This document shows positions 20,197-29,066 of a stretch of 64,000 bases of DNA, piece by piece. Numbering within the stretch: the first letter of the stretch is position 1; the number at the start of each line of letters is the position of its first letter. The stretch is from a virus (taxonomy: Duplodnaviria; Caudoviricetes). The notes under the pieces are model-generated. The model saw only the letters and a program-made list of their open reading frames with translations. It made no database searches and had not been told where the DNA came from. The position numbers were made by a program, and so were the translations under genes. Location: positions 126-64,125 of IMG/VR virus record IMGVR_UViG_3300042924_004272; one strand, written 5' to 3'.

Positions 20197-21084
20197 TTAG
20201 CCAGCAATGATCATTGCGTTTTGAATAATAACATTTATTTCGCTTGAAAAAACTGGAGCGTTTGAATTAACAACAACGGCATCTAGCCAGTTCAATGTAT
20301 TTGGCCCAGATGTCGTAGGGCCACCAGTTAGTGAAGAGCCAACAATGGTTGGACGATTAATATCACTCCCATAAAATGCCGTAATAGTTCCTGCTCCATT
20401 AGAAACAACTCCAATTGTACCACCAAAAGAACCTGCTGGGGAGGTGGGAAAGTCAAACCAAGCACTTGTTGAATAAGTTGTTCCATTGTGACAAAATATT
20501 CTAAATTGGTCTTTAAGACATCCATCTGCACAAAAATCAATATCTGTAACTTCAATTCCAAACCCACGATTAGTCAATGCATTTGCATTTGCAACCGCAG
20601 GAACTCCACCATTTCCACCCATATATACTCTTAAATATGTGTTATTCAAAGTAGTGGGACTAGAACTAAATGTACCATTATAAGACCTATACCCTATTTT
20701 TAGCATAAACCCTAGCCTTTTTGAAAAATCAATTCCGTTGGGGAGGGTGACAAAGTTAGGATATATTGCTGTAGGCTGTCTATAAAGTGATGCTCTAGCA
20801 TATGAAGAGGCGGCGGCGTTTTCTGGTATACCCACGTTTACATAATATCCATTTGTATTAACGGATACCGTCCCTCCACCAGCGGTTCCAGTAGAAGGAA
20901 CTGGAAGTGGACTAAAGCACCGACCGATATTAAAAAACGGCTCGTCGTCAACCAGCGTCCGAGACATGAGCGAACTCGCAGATGCCGCAGTCTGATTCGG
21001 CGCAGTATTAGCCGTTCCGTTCAGCGTCTGATTCTGCGAAAATGTATTCGCTGTTTCTGTGAGAGATTGACGAATGATTGCCAT
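20197..21084 (-). CDS. Putative fibre/receptor-binding structural protein
   Basis: ANTFSQNQTLNGT shaft-like N-terminus followed by a beta-rich domain. Confidence 0.55.
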   Translation of the reverse strand: MAIIRQSLTETANTFSQNQTLNGTANTAPNQTAASASSLMSRTLVDDEPFFNIGRCFSPLPVPSTGTAGGGTVSVNTNGYYVNVGIPENAAASSYARASLYRQPTAIYPNFVTLPNGIDFSKRLGFMLKIGYRSYNGTFSSSPTTLNNTYLRVYMGGNGGVPAVANANALTNRGFGIEVTDIDFCADGCLKDQFRIFCHNGTTYSTSAWFDFPTSPAGSFGGTIGVVSNGAGTITAFYGSDINRPTIVGSSLTGGPTTSGPNTLNWLDAVVVNSNAPVFSSEINVIIQNAMIIAG

Positions 21085-21088
21085 AGTA

Positions 21089-21886
21089 TTAGGCTCCGAT
21101 TGTTACTTCTGCCACGCTTCCTGCGGCGGCAAAGATCCCACGATGCTCAAGCCCAACCTCATTGGGGTTAGCGATGTAGGTGTCTCCTGCATTTAGGAGA
21201 TATGTAAAGTTGGTTGAAGAAACGGCAGTTGTTCCAAGCCCAATGCGAAGGATTGCGGGACCAACATTGTAGATGGCGAGCATTTGCCTTGGTATGCTTC
21301 CCGCAACGATTAGAGTATCAGCATTTGCCGTAAAGTCGCTACGAGTAGCTGTAGTTGCCCTTGTAATATTGACGCTACCAATCGTGTTGCTACCAGTAGG
21401 AAGAGGTGTGCTAAAAATGGTAGAACTATTACCACTCAAATTATAATTGATGGTAAGCGGCCCCGTAAATCCAATCTGAGATGAAAACCTAATGGATTTT
21501 AATCCAGAAACATCAATTATGCCTAGCGTTGCAGTTGCGGCGACAAGAGTGCTTGATTGTGTTCCACTTGGAAGTGAAGTATAATTAACAGGAGAAAAAG
21601 TTGTTGCATCAACAGATCCCGAAACTCCTACGAGACCACTCAGCGATGAGCCAGGTATTTGAAAAGCAAGCACTCCGTATCCAGTTGTATCAATAACAAG
21701 AGGAACGGAACTTGTTACATTTCCACTACCAGAGACAGATGAAAGCTTCACTCCACCAATCACGTTGCTACCAGTTGGAAGTGAGCCTGCAATTGTTACT
21801 GGGATACCTTCCGCAAGCTGCGTAAGCACAGAAGCGCGGAAATTAGCGGTTGATAGATTGGAGGTGATTTGTGGAAATTGCGGCAT
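21089..21886 (-). CDS. Putative capsid decoration/fibre protein
   Basis: Directly after the MCP gene; LPTGSN.IG occurs twice; Ser/Thr/Gly-rich. Confidence 0.55.
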   Translation of the reverse strand: MPQFPQITSNLSTANFRASVLTQLAEGIPVTIAGSLPTGSNVIGGVKLSSVSGSGNVTSSVPLVIDTTGYGVLAFQIPGSSLSGLVGVSGSVDATTFSPVNYTSLPSGTQSSTLVAATATLGIIDVSGLKSIRFSSQIGFTGPLTINYNLSGNSSTIFSTPLPTGSNTIGSVNITRATTATRSDFTANADTLIVAGSIPRQMLAIYNVGPAILRIGLGTTAVSSTNFTYLLNAGDTYIANPNEVGLEHRGIFAAAGSVAEVTIGA

Positions 21887-21921
21887 GGTCTTGAAAGGTT
21901 GATGTTTTTATATGCAGTTGA

Positions 21922-21957
21922 GGTGAGTGATGCAAGTTTTATCTTACATCACCCACC
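21922..21957 (-). terminator. Stem-loop downstream of the major capsid gene
   Basis: ggtgagtgatgcaag-ttttat-cttacatcacccacc forms a 15-bp stem with G-U pairs on the minus strand. Confidence 0.65.
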
Positions 21958-21973
21958 GATAACTACCTACGTA

Positions 21974-23182
21974 TTACAGACCAGTCGTAACCGTGCTGCA
22001 GGGCAGGGCCTGACCGTCAAACGGGCAGCGCCTAAACAGAACCGCAACCACGTTCTGCGGGCGGATCGGCTGGATCGCACGCTGAATCTGGTAGATATGC
22101 TGACCGAAGTCACCATACAGGTTGCAATCGTTGTCGCGGAAGTAGGTCCACTCCAGTTCACCCATCGCAAGTTGCGGGGCGAAACGGAAGGTGCCCTCAC
22201 CCACGTACTGTTCAGGGATGAGGCGCTTGAATGCCTCACCAGCGATGACGAACCCAACCTCGTAAAGTGCGTTCACCCAGGAAGGGTTGCGGCGTTGACC
22301 GAAACCATTCGTGACGGCTGAGGCAACGATGGGGTTGACAAGCACAAGGTTGCCAGAACCATCAAAACCAGTTGCACGGAGGGGTTGCTGATCGATGCCG
22401 AAGGCGAAACCGCGGTATCCCATGAACTGGTAACCGGAGATCGACTCCTCACCGAGCTTGAACGAACCAGCGGTTAGATAGAGGAGATCCTCCTTCACGT
22501 CCGCATCGTTACGGATGGCCTCAATGGCATCCACACCAAGAAGAACTTGGAAGAACTCTCCGTCCTTTGAAGCAAAGGGTTCGGCAAGCATCTCCTCGCG
22601 GAGGAAGCTACCGATACGATAGAGAGTGCCAAAGTTCAGGGGACTGTCGGGGAGACGGTTGGCAAACTTGGTGTTAATCTGCTGCATGTCACCCGTCAGG
22701 TTGGCGTTGAAAGTAGTCGTGCTAGAGCACACATACTTGATTCCGGACTGAATCAGGTACTGATAACGAATATCAGCATTGATTAGTTGGAGGATTGTCT
22801 TCTCAAGCGAAACCTGGGCCTGAAGGTAGGAACCCTTGAAGGCCGTACGGGCTTGCTTGACGCAGACACGCGGACCAGCACCACGGAGGGTGGCGAGCTG
22901 GAAGCTGTACTCGGTCGAACCAACGCGATCCGGGGTGGCTCCGATTCCACACATCTCGATGTCGGGAGTGAAGATGGGAGCAGCCAGAGAGGCATTAGGA
23001 ACGGCCATTTCCTCAACGACGGAACGCACAACGTCGGAGACGTTGGGGAGAGTTCCACCATCGATGGAGTTGATATATGGGCTCTTGCGGGCAAGAACCT
23101 TTGCGATTTGACCAATGATACGGTTGGTATCTTTGGAGGCAAAGTTCTGAACTGTTGCCAATGGGATACAATCTGAAGCCAT
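21974..23182 (-). CDS. Major capsid protein
   Basis: 402 aa, highly biased codon usage, own promoter and leader plus downstream hairpin, downstream of portal and scaffold. Confidence 0.8.
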   Translation of the reverse strand: MASDCIPLATVQNFASKDTNRIIGQIAKVLARKSPYINSIDGGTLPNVSDVVRSVVEEMAVPNASLAAPIFTPDIEMCGIGATPDRVGSTEYSFQLATLRGAGPRVCVKQARTAFKGSYLQAQVSLEKTILQLINADIRYQYLIQSGIKYVCSSTTTFNANLTGDMQQINTKFANRLPDSPLNFGTLYRIGSFLREEMLAEPFASKDGEFFQVLLGVDAIEAIRNDADVKEDLLYLTAGSFKLGEESISGYQFMGYRGFAFGIDQQPLRATGFDGSGNLVLVNPIVASAVTNGFGQRRNPSWVNALYEVGFVIAGEAFKRLIPEQYVGEGTFRFAPQLAMGELEWTYFRDNDCNLYGDFGQHIYQIQRAIQPIRPQNVVAVLFRRCPFDGQALPCSTVTTGL

Positions 23183-23396
23183 GGGGTTTTTGTTTTTGTT
23201 TCCCTCTAGTTGCCCCTACAAGTTTTTGGAGTGACAACCACAGAGTTGGACGGCAACCGCGTGCGGTTACGATCCGAAGTTTGGTTTTGTGTCACTTCCC
23301 GGCACGCTGGAAGTTTTGTTTGCGGCCTGTATTAGCGGGTCTTGTGGCTCCCGTTAAAGCCACCGTCATGCGGAGACGGCACACCGAGTTGCGTGA

Positions 23397-23426
23397 ACTA
23401 TTAATGATTTTTTTATTTAGTGTCAA
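23397..23426 (-). promoter_or_regulatory. Sigma70-like promoter for the capsid gene
   Basis: Perfect TTGACA (23426-23421), 17-nt spacer, TAATAG. Confidence 0.55.
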
Positions 23427-24006
23427 TAGTTTTTTTCAAAACAAATTCAATAAATGCTTCAACACCTTTTTCTCGGTCGAAAGTTTGATCAACTCGTGTT
23501 CCGATTGTGTAGTCGTAATTTGTATCCACAAGTCTGCAAATCTCAATGTGATGCTCATCGAAATTATTTAATAACCAATCCGGAAGTAGAACATGGTTTG
23601 GGGCGGGGGATCCTTTTTGCCACATGGAGAATGTGCTCTTGTGGTCCGGATTATACCGAGACGGCCAAATCATCCCCTCATAAAGTTCCCAGGACGGGAT
23701 AGTCACAACCACATAACCTCCCGGTTTCAAGATCTTCATCCAAGATTTGAGCGCCTCAACTGGGTCATGCATATGCTCTAGGCATTGGGAGGCATGAACG
23801 AAATCAAAGGTGTTTTCTAGAAAATACTCATGGATCCTATTGGCATCTCCGTCTTGAACATCGAAACCAACCACGCCTTCCACTTGTATTAAGTCATCCC
23901 CAGCACCAATATCGATTCCCTTGCCTTGAAAAATTTTACTCCAAATGGAACTTTCTGCTGTACTAGTTAGTCTGCGACTCATTGCTTTGGAGGATTCTTG
24001 GCACAT
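23413..24006 (-). CDS. Class I SAM-dependent methyltransferase (small molecule/glycan type)
   Basis: IDIGAG, FDFVHASQCLEH, LKPGG. Confidence 0.9.
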   Translation of the reverse strand: MCQESSKAMSRRLTSTAESSIWSKIFQGKGIDIGAGDDLIQVEGVVGFDVQDGDANRIHEYFLENTFDFVHASQCLEHMHDPVEALKSWMKILKPGGYVVVTIPSWELYEGMIWPSRYNPDHKSTFSMWQKGSPAPNHVLLPDWLLNNFDEHHIEICRLVDTNYDYTIGTRVDQTFDREKGVEAFIEFVLKKTIDTK

Positions 24007-24010
24007 AGGA

Positions 24011-24595
24011 TTAATTTTTGTTTTTGATTAGATCCTGGTACTTGTCTCGATGGAAGATGACAGCATCACCCCTAATCATGCTTCTTTCTTTTGGGAATCT
24101 ATGGGGAGTAGCAACTCCATTTTTATCGTATTTCCCATAACTGTGTTGGATTAGTGGCGACCATTCAATTAAATTTGAAAGATTTCGCAACATCCACATA
24201 TCCCATCCATGACCATGCAATTCTCCCCCTATGTCTTTTGGGATGATCTCAAATGCTCTTGGCCCATAGACTCCTATGCCACCGATGATGTCAAACGGGT
24301 AGTTCTTGTCGCTAGAAAGCATGAATTGCTTGCAACACAGACTGTATTTTTCCTCTATGCGGTCTAACCAACCTGCACAAAGTGGGATGGAGTCCGGTTC
24401 TAACCAGAAAAATGGTTTTCCATCCATTATTTTTGCCGCTTGATGGAATGCATAGTTGTTTCTTGCTGGATACTCTTCCGTTTCATCGATTGCTGGGATT
24501 ACAAGCACTTCTGTTCCGTCCAAACGCTTGATGTGTTCAACAAGGTTGTTGACTTCCTTGTTTTGCCGTTCCGCGGCCACGATTACTGCTTTCAT
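24011..24595 (-). CDS. Putative GT-A-fold glycosyltransferase-like protein
   Basis: FFWLEPDSIP (ExD), GIGVY, GWD..., AVIFH..K; lies in the GT cluster. Confidence 0.55.
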   Translation of the reverse strand: MKAVIVAAERQNKEVNNLVEHIKRLDGTEVLVIPAIDETEEYPARNNYAFHQAAKIMDGKPFFWLEPDSIPLCAGWLDRIEEKYSLCCKQFMLSSDKNYPFDIIGGIGVYGPRAFEIIPKDIGGELHGHGWDMWMLRNLSNLIEWSPLIQHSYGKYDKNGVATPHRFPKERSMIRGDAVIFHRDKYQDLIKNKN

Positions 24596-25317
24596 TTCGG
24601 TAAAGATTCAAAGTCAATGTTCCCATTGACGCAATAAACTGCTTCTGGGTATAAAATCATGCTGTTTGGAGCATGCTCATAGACTTCCTGAACCAAGGGA
24701 ACCCTTAACCCAGCGGCAATCCAATATGCACTTGACTGGTTTCCAACGTACAACTTGCAGGCAGCGATTGCTTTTGCGACTTCTAGGCAATCCTTGGTTA
24801 GATGGCGGTGGATCCTACCAAATGAATGCTCAAAATCAGAATGTTCTTCGTCGGTTCCAATAAAAATCGCATCATTTCCGTATCGTTCCATGATTTTTGA
24901 CCACGGAAACTTCTCATTCCTATATCGGTGAGACCGATTTATGATCACCTTGCCATTAAATCTATCATCTGGTTCAACACTTAACCAGGGGCCATCAATT
25001 TCCATATGACCAGTATGTCTATCCACGACATTTAGGTATCTGGCCTGTGAATCCATCAAGGTTATATGGTCCTGATAGCACTCCCTCCAATTGGTTGTGT
25101 CGTAATCAATTACACAATTGGGTGGGAAATTTAATTCGGAGGGTATCCCTTGACTGTCTAGCAATGGTTTTAACGAGTCGTATTTAAACCCAGTCATTGG
25201 CGCTCCCCAAGAGGCATCTGTAACAAAAATCCTAGTCGCCTCCAACTTCCGATATATTGGAATGAAGGCTATGATGTCACCAATGTGTCCTTGGTGGTGG
25301 ACGGTTACTTGTCTCAT
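24592..25317 (-). CDS. GT9-like (heptosyltransferase-like) glycosyltransferase
   Basis: GHIGDII at the N-terminus; AIAACKLYVGNQSS...AAGLRVP. Confidence 0.75.
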   Translation of the reverse strand: MRQVTVHHQGHIGDIIAFIPIYRKLEATRIFVTDASWGAPMTGFKYDSLKPLLDSQGIPSELNFPPNCVIDYDTTNWRECYQDHITLMDSQARYLNVVDRHTGHMEIDGPWLSVEPDDRFNGKVIINRSHRYRNEKFPWSKIMERYGNDAIFIGTDEEHSDFEHSFGRIHRHLTKDCLEVAKAIAACKLYVGNQSSAYWIAAGLRVPLVQEVYEHAPNSMILYPEAVYCVNGNIDFESLPK

Positions 25318-25362
25318 GGGAGGTAGAATTTATTTTTAGGTCAATATGTTCCACGTGGAACA

Positions 25363-25926
25363 TTAACCAGCAATCTTTTCCGCCATCTGCTGTGACTTTG
25401 TCTTCTCTTCGTCCTTGCCGGGATGAAACAAACTAGAAAAGTCCGGTGAAAAGAAGGTTTCTTTTACGATATTTGACTCAGGAACCGGAACCCCATCATT
25501 GAGTATTGATTCATTGATGAAGTTCCGGATTACCTGTTCCGCTTTATCCGCAGTCGCATAAAAAATATACGACTTTTCCCCCGCCACCAGTTGCAATGGG
25601 TGCAACACCTCGTTCTCTTCAGCTTCCTTCGGAGAAAAACCTAAATTTAAAACATCGTAGTCACTCATCCATCCTCCACCGACGGCATGCAGGGCACACC
25701 ATCGAGAGAACCGTGACATAACCGGTGCAGTCATCTTTTCAACTTTGAGCATTTTCCCAACCAATTCCCTAAATAAAGGACTTGATGATGTGTGGGTCTT
25801 ATTGAGCATGACGCATTCCCACCCGTTGTTTTCCCAGGATCCCTTCCAAAGGTTGGCACAAGAGAACTCCTCCCTCTGTTCAACTGATGGAATTGCCTCG
25901 TAATAAGAGTAAATTTTCTTTTGCAT
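25363..25926 (-). CDS. DxD-motif glycosyltransferase (GT32-like)
   Basis: SWE..GWE...L and RW.AL...GG.MSDYDV. Confidence 0.7.
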   Translation of the reverse strand: MQKKIYSYYEAIPSVEQREEFSCANLWKGSWENNGWECVMLNKTHTSSSPLFRELVGKMLKVEKMTAPVMSRFSRWCALHAVGGGWMSDYDVLNLGFSPKEAEENEVLHPLQLVAGEKSYIFYATADKAEQVIRNFINESILNDGVPVPESNIVKETFFSPDFSSLFHPGKDEEKTKSQQMAEKIAG

Positions 25927-26930
25927 TAGTATGTTTTGTATCCCACATGAAACACTGGAAGTCCAATATCAACATGAGGTTGGTGACCACTTGCTAGTGC
26001 CCTCCTGCAGAATGCAACATCTTCTCCGGAGTCTTTTGTGGGGAGGAAGTAATCGAACTTGTAACTAGAATTGTTGGGGGTCTCTAGTTCCGGATGCTTT
26101 TCCCTAATGTCTTCAAACACCTTTCGGTGAACAAGCATGCATCCGGTAGCAACCCATTCGACGGGGACAACAGCGTCCTCGTATACTTTTGCTCTAGGAG
26201 CAAGTTTAAGGTCACTGCACATGATTGCACCACCCTCTTGCCGCCCAAAGTAGGCACCACCAACAAGGGTCTTGTTGCTGCCAATCAATCTGGCTAGAAC
26301 ATTCCTTTGCAGAACGTTATCTTGGAGGTTTCTTGCGGCCGCCACCCAATTTTTCATCCAACCCGGTCTGCCAATGCAAGGGATGATGTCATCGTCAACC
26401 ATGAGCAACCATCGAGCATCCGTGTCCAAGAACTTTTGTGCCAGGACGTTTCTTGCATGGTAGATCATGGCATCCCCAATGGACATATCGAAACGGATTT
26501 TGTCCCTACCGTAGTCGAGCGCCATCGATAGAAGGGCAAAGGCAGTAACCGGGTTCGTAGTCTTGTAGCAGGGGAACCCTACCATGATGTCTCTGCCCTC
26601 AAACTCGCAACGATAGGATGGCAGTCCTTCCGGTGACCTAGACTCAATAATGGGAGTTTTAGACCCCTTCTTGATCTTTGTAGGGGTCTTTATGATCAAC
26701 TTGGGAGGTGGCTCCTCAACCTTGGGTTCCTCCTCAATTTGAATTTCCTCAATTGAGGCATCAAAACTCTGCTCCTCCACAACTTCTTCCACAACGGGTT
26801 GGACCGGTTGAACGCCGCGAACTTCACCACCCATGCTTTGGGGTGGCATGATTGGGGTTCCCATGGGATTTACCGACCCCAGTGCGTTAGTTGTGACGGT
26901 GACTAGGGGGGTTACGATTGGGTCTGGCAT
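25926..26930 (-). CDS. GT2-like glycosyltransferase with disordered N-terminal extension
   Basis: ARNVL...WLLMVDDD, ATGCMLVHRKVF, GEDVAFC. Confidence 0.8.
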   Translation of the reverse strand: MPDPIVTPLVTVTTNALGSVNPMGTPIMPPQSMGGEVRGVQPVQPVVEEVVEEQSFDASIEEIQIEEEPKVEEPPPKLIIKTPTKIKKGSKTPIIESRSPEGLPSYRCEFEGRDIMVGFPCYKTTNPVTAFALLSMALDYGRDKIRFDMSIGDAMIYHARNVLAQKFLDTDARWLLMVDDDIIPCIGRPGWMKNWVAAARNLQDNVLQRNVLARLIGSNKTLVGGAYFGRQEGGAIMCSDLKLAPRAKVYEDAVVPVEWVATGCMLVHRKVFEDIREKHPELETPNNSSYKFDYFLPTKDSGEDVAFCRRALASGHQPHVDIGLPVFHVGYKTY

Positions 26931-26933
26931 ATA

Positions 26934-28229
26934 CTAGAAACCACTTGCCTCGTCGAGACCAAGATCAATTGCATCCGAGGCACTCATCTTGATGCGGTCG
27001 GAAACACTGCTGGTTGTTTTGGCGTTTGATGGGGTTGGGTTTGCCTTTGGCATGCGCCCGGCATTCTTGAGTGCTGTCAACTCCTTGGAGAGTGCATCAA
27101 CCTTGCTTTGTAGTGCGGCACGGGTCTCCTGCTCATGGCGTAATTGATTCACGGCAACATGGAATCCGGATGCGGCAGCAGCGACATCAGCACGCTGTTG
27201 TGGCGTCTGTGGCCACAAGGCAGCATTAAACTTGCTAGAGAGATCATCAACCATCGCATTGTGCTTGAGGATCTCTTGCTGTGCTTCCGGGGTATCGTTG
27301 GGGTTGACTTCCTTGTACTGTGCCCACGGAATGTCTTTGGTGATTTCAGCGGTGTGCTTGTAGATTTCCTCGTTGGTCTTTTGGAAGTTCTCAACAAGTT
27401 CTGTCTGGCGGCGCTGCAGGAACTCATCACGCTTTTCAGCGGTATCTCCAATCTCCTTCTCACGACCCTCCTTGAGGTCGATCACATTGACCAAGTCACG
27501 CTTCAAGCGTTCGGCGTCAGTGAGGGGGAGTTTGTCGATTGCCTGCTTTTTCCACCACTCCTGGGAGATCTTGTCCGGACCACCAGCTTCTTCAATCGAC
27601 TTGATGACATCATCACTAGCACCGTTCTTTTTGAGGATGCCATAGATGTTTTCCTTTGCCGTAGCAATAGGTTGGTCATACTTGCTCTTGAATTCCGGAT
27701 CGTTCTCCGTATCAAAGATCGCACGGAACTTTTTGAGTTCCTCATAATCATCCGGAGTTTGAGTCGGTCGTTGCTCAAGTTCGGAAACCTTTTGACGGAG
27801 TTGTTCCGCTTCAAGTGCCTGCTTCTTGTAGTTGGTTGCCGTCTCCTGCAGTTTCTTCCAGTTGTTCTGGTTTGCTTCAGAGAGGTTGCGGGGTTGGGGG
27901 ATTGAGGAAATCTCCGGATCAATCTCAACCTCCGGTGTTTTTTCAACCGGAGTCGATTCAACAACTGGTTCCGGAATTACTTCTTTTGTTTGCTCTTGAA
28001 CAGCGGGAGGTTCATCAATGGAATCAAGAGTTACCTCCTTGTCAATGTCATCCGGTTCGTCCGGAGTCTCCGGAGGAGTCGGTTGTTCTGTTTCCTCAGC
28101 GGCATCGAGTAGCGAGTCGATGAGGGAGTCTGTTGATTCATCGATGCGGTCGGCATCGAGGGATGGTGAACCTAGCCTGCTGTTGGCAGGGTTGATTTCT
28201 GGTACTACGTTGTCGTTATCGTTTGACAT
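26934..28229 (-). CDS. Capsid scaffolding protein
   Basis: Acidic, disordered N-terminus plus coiled coils; between portal and MCP. Confidence 0.7.
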   Translation of the reverse strand: MSNDNDNVVPEINPANSRLGSPSLDADRIDESTDSLIDSLLDAAEETEQPTPPETPDEPDDIDKEVTLDSIDEPPAVQEQTKEVIPEPVVESTPVEKTPEVEIDPEISSIPQPRNLSEANQNNWKKLQETATNYKKQALEAEQLRQKVSELEQRPTQTPDDYEELKKFRAIFDTENDPEFKSKYDQPIATAKENIYGILKKNGASDDVIKSIEEAGGPDKISQEWWKKQAIDKLPLTDAERLKRDLVNVIDLKEGREKEIGDTAEKRDEFLQRRQTELVENFQKTNEEIYKHTAEITKDIPWAQYKEVNPNDTPEAQQEILKHNAMVDDLSSKFNAALWPQTPQQRADVAAAASGFHVAVNQLRHEQETRAALQSKVDALSKELTALKNAGRMPKANPTPSNAKTTSSVSDRIKMSASDAIDLGLDEASGF

Positions 28230-28232
28230 AAA

Positions 28233-28478
28233 TTACATTGAGACGAATGAAGCAGTAGATGCGTCATCTTGTTTTGAAATTGGTGCGGCCATCTCTTGGA
28301 TCCTCCTAATGGCAAGGAGGAAACCTTCTTTGTATGCACCACGGAGGGCGACACCCTCCACCTTTGAGTCAACCTCAACAGAATAGGTCGGAACCAATTC
28401 CTCCAAGTGATTGACTAGATTGTTGTTACTAATGTTTAGGTACTCCCTAAATCTAACTGCGTCTGTTTGTGTCCACAT
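28233..28478 (-). CDS. Hypothetical protein (portal-scaffold linker gene)
   Basis: 81 aa in a conserved head-module position. Confidence 0.65.
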   Translation of the reverse strand: MWTQTDAVRFREYLNISNNNLVNHLEELVPTYSVEVDSKVEGVALRGAYKEGFLLAIRRIQEMAAPISKQDDASTASFVSM

Positions 28479-28486
28479 AAATTATT

Positions 28487-29047
28487 TTACAGATCCCTCA
28501 TCGCTTCTTCAGCGGTGATATTAAAAATGCTTTTTTTAGGGCTGACTTTTGCTTTAACACCCTTGAATTCACTTCCAGTTGCATCACGGTCATATCGAAC
28601 AGCGTCTATTGAAGTGTTCTGTTGGATTCCTGTTGGAGACACCATTCCCTTAATTTCTGTTCCAAGGATAGGATCAAAGGTTTTCTCTGTACTCTTAATC
28701 ATCATTGGCTGCATCTTTTCAACAACCATTTCGTCAGGAGTGCCACCAAGATATTTAATCATTTTATCGTCCATGGCATTTAGTTTTTCTTTGATTGCTG
28801 GAATGGGGAAATCTACTTTCTTGTCAGCCTCAAGAAATCCGATAGCCGCTTTCTTTCCAGCATTAACAGCGGGGTCAATAACACCTTTCTTTAGGTCATT
28901 GTATACCCCCTTGATCTCTTTTACTCCTTCACCAGGGGAAACGATGCCTTGGTCAGACATCCCCTGTTTATAGATGCGTTCCGCGTTTTGTTCCTCCGTT
29001 AGATTGGCAGGAATTGATTGTTGTTGAGGTAAGTTTGCTCCGCCCAT
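28487..29047 (-). CDS. Hypothetical protein (MGG start)
   Basis: ORF tiles with its neighbours. Confidence 0.65.
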   Translation of the reverse strand: MGGANLPQQQSIPANLTEEQNAERIYKQGMSDQGIVSPGEGVKEIKGVYNDLKKGVIDPAVNAGKKAAIGFLEADKKVDFPIPAIKEKLNAMDDKMIKYLGGTPDEMVVEKMQPMMIKSTEKTFDPILGTEIKGMVSPTGIQQNTSIDAVRYDRDATGSEFKGVKAKVSPKKSIFNITAEEAMRDL

Positions 29048-29066
29048 GGTAGTAGTTGGTTAAGTG

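Noticed and set aside
27144-27905. 253-aa plus-strand ORF
   Set aside because: Antisense to the scaffold gene; Leu/Phe-rich mirror of Glu/Lys codons.
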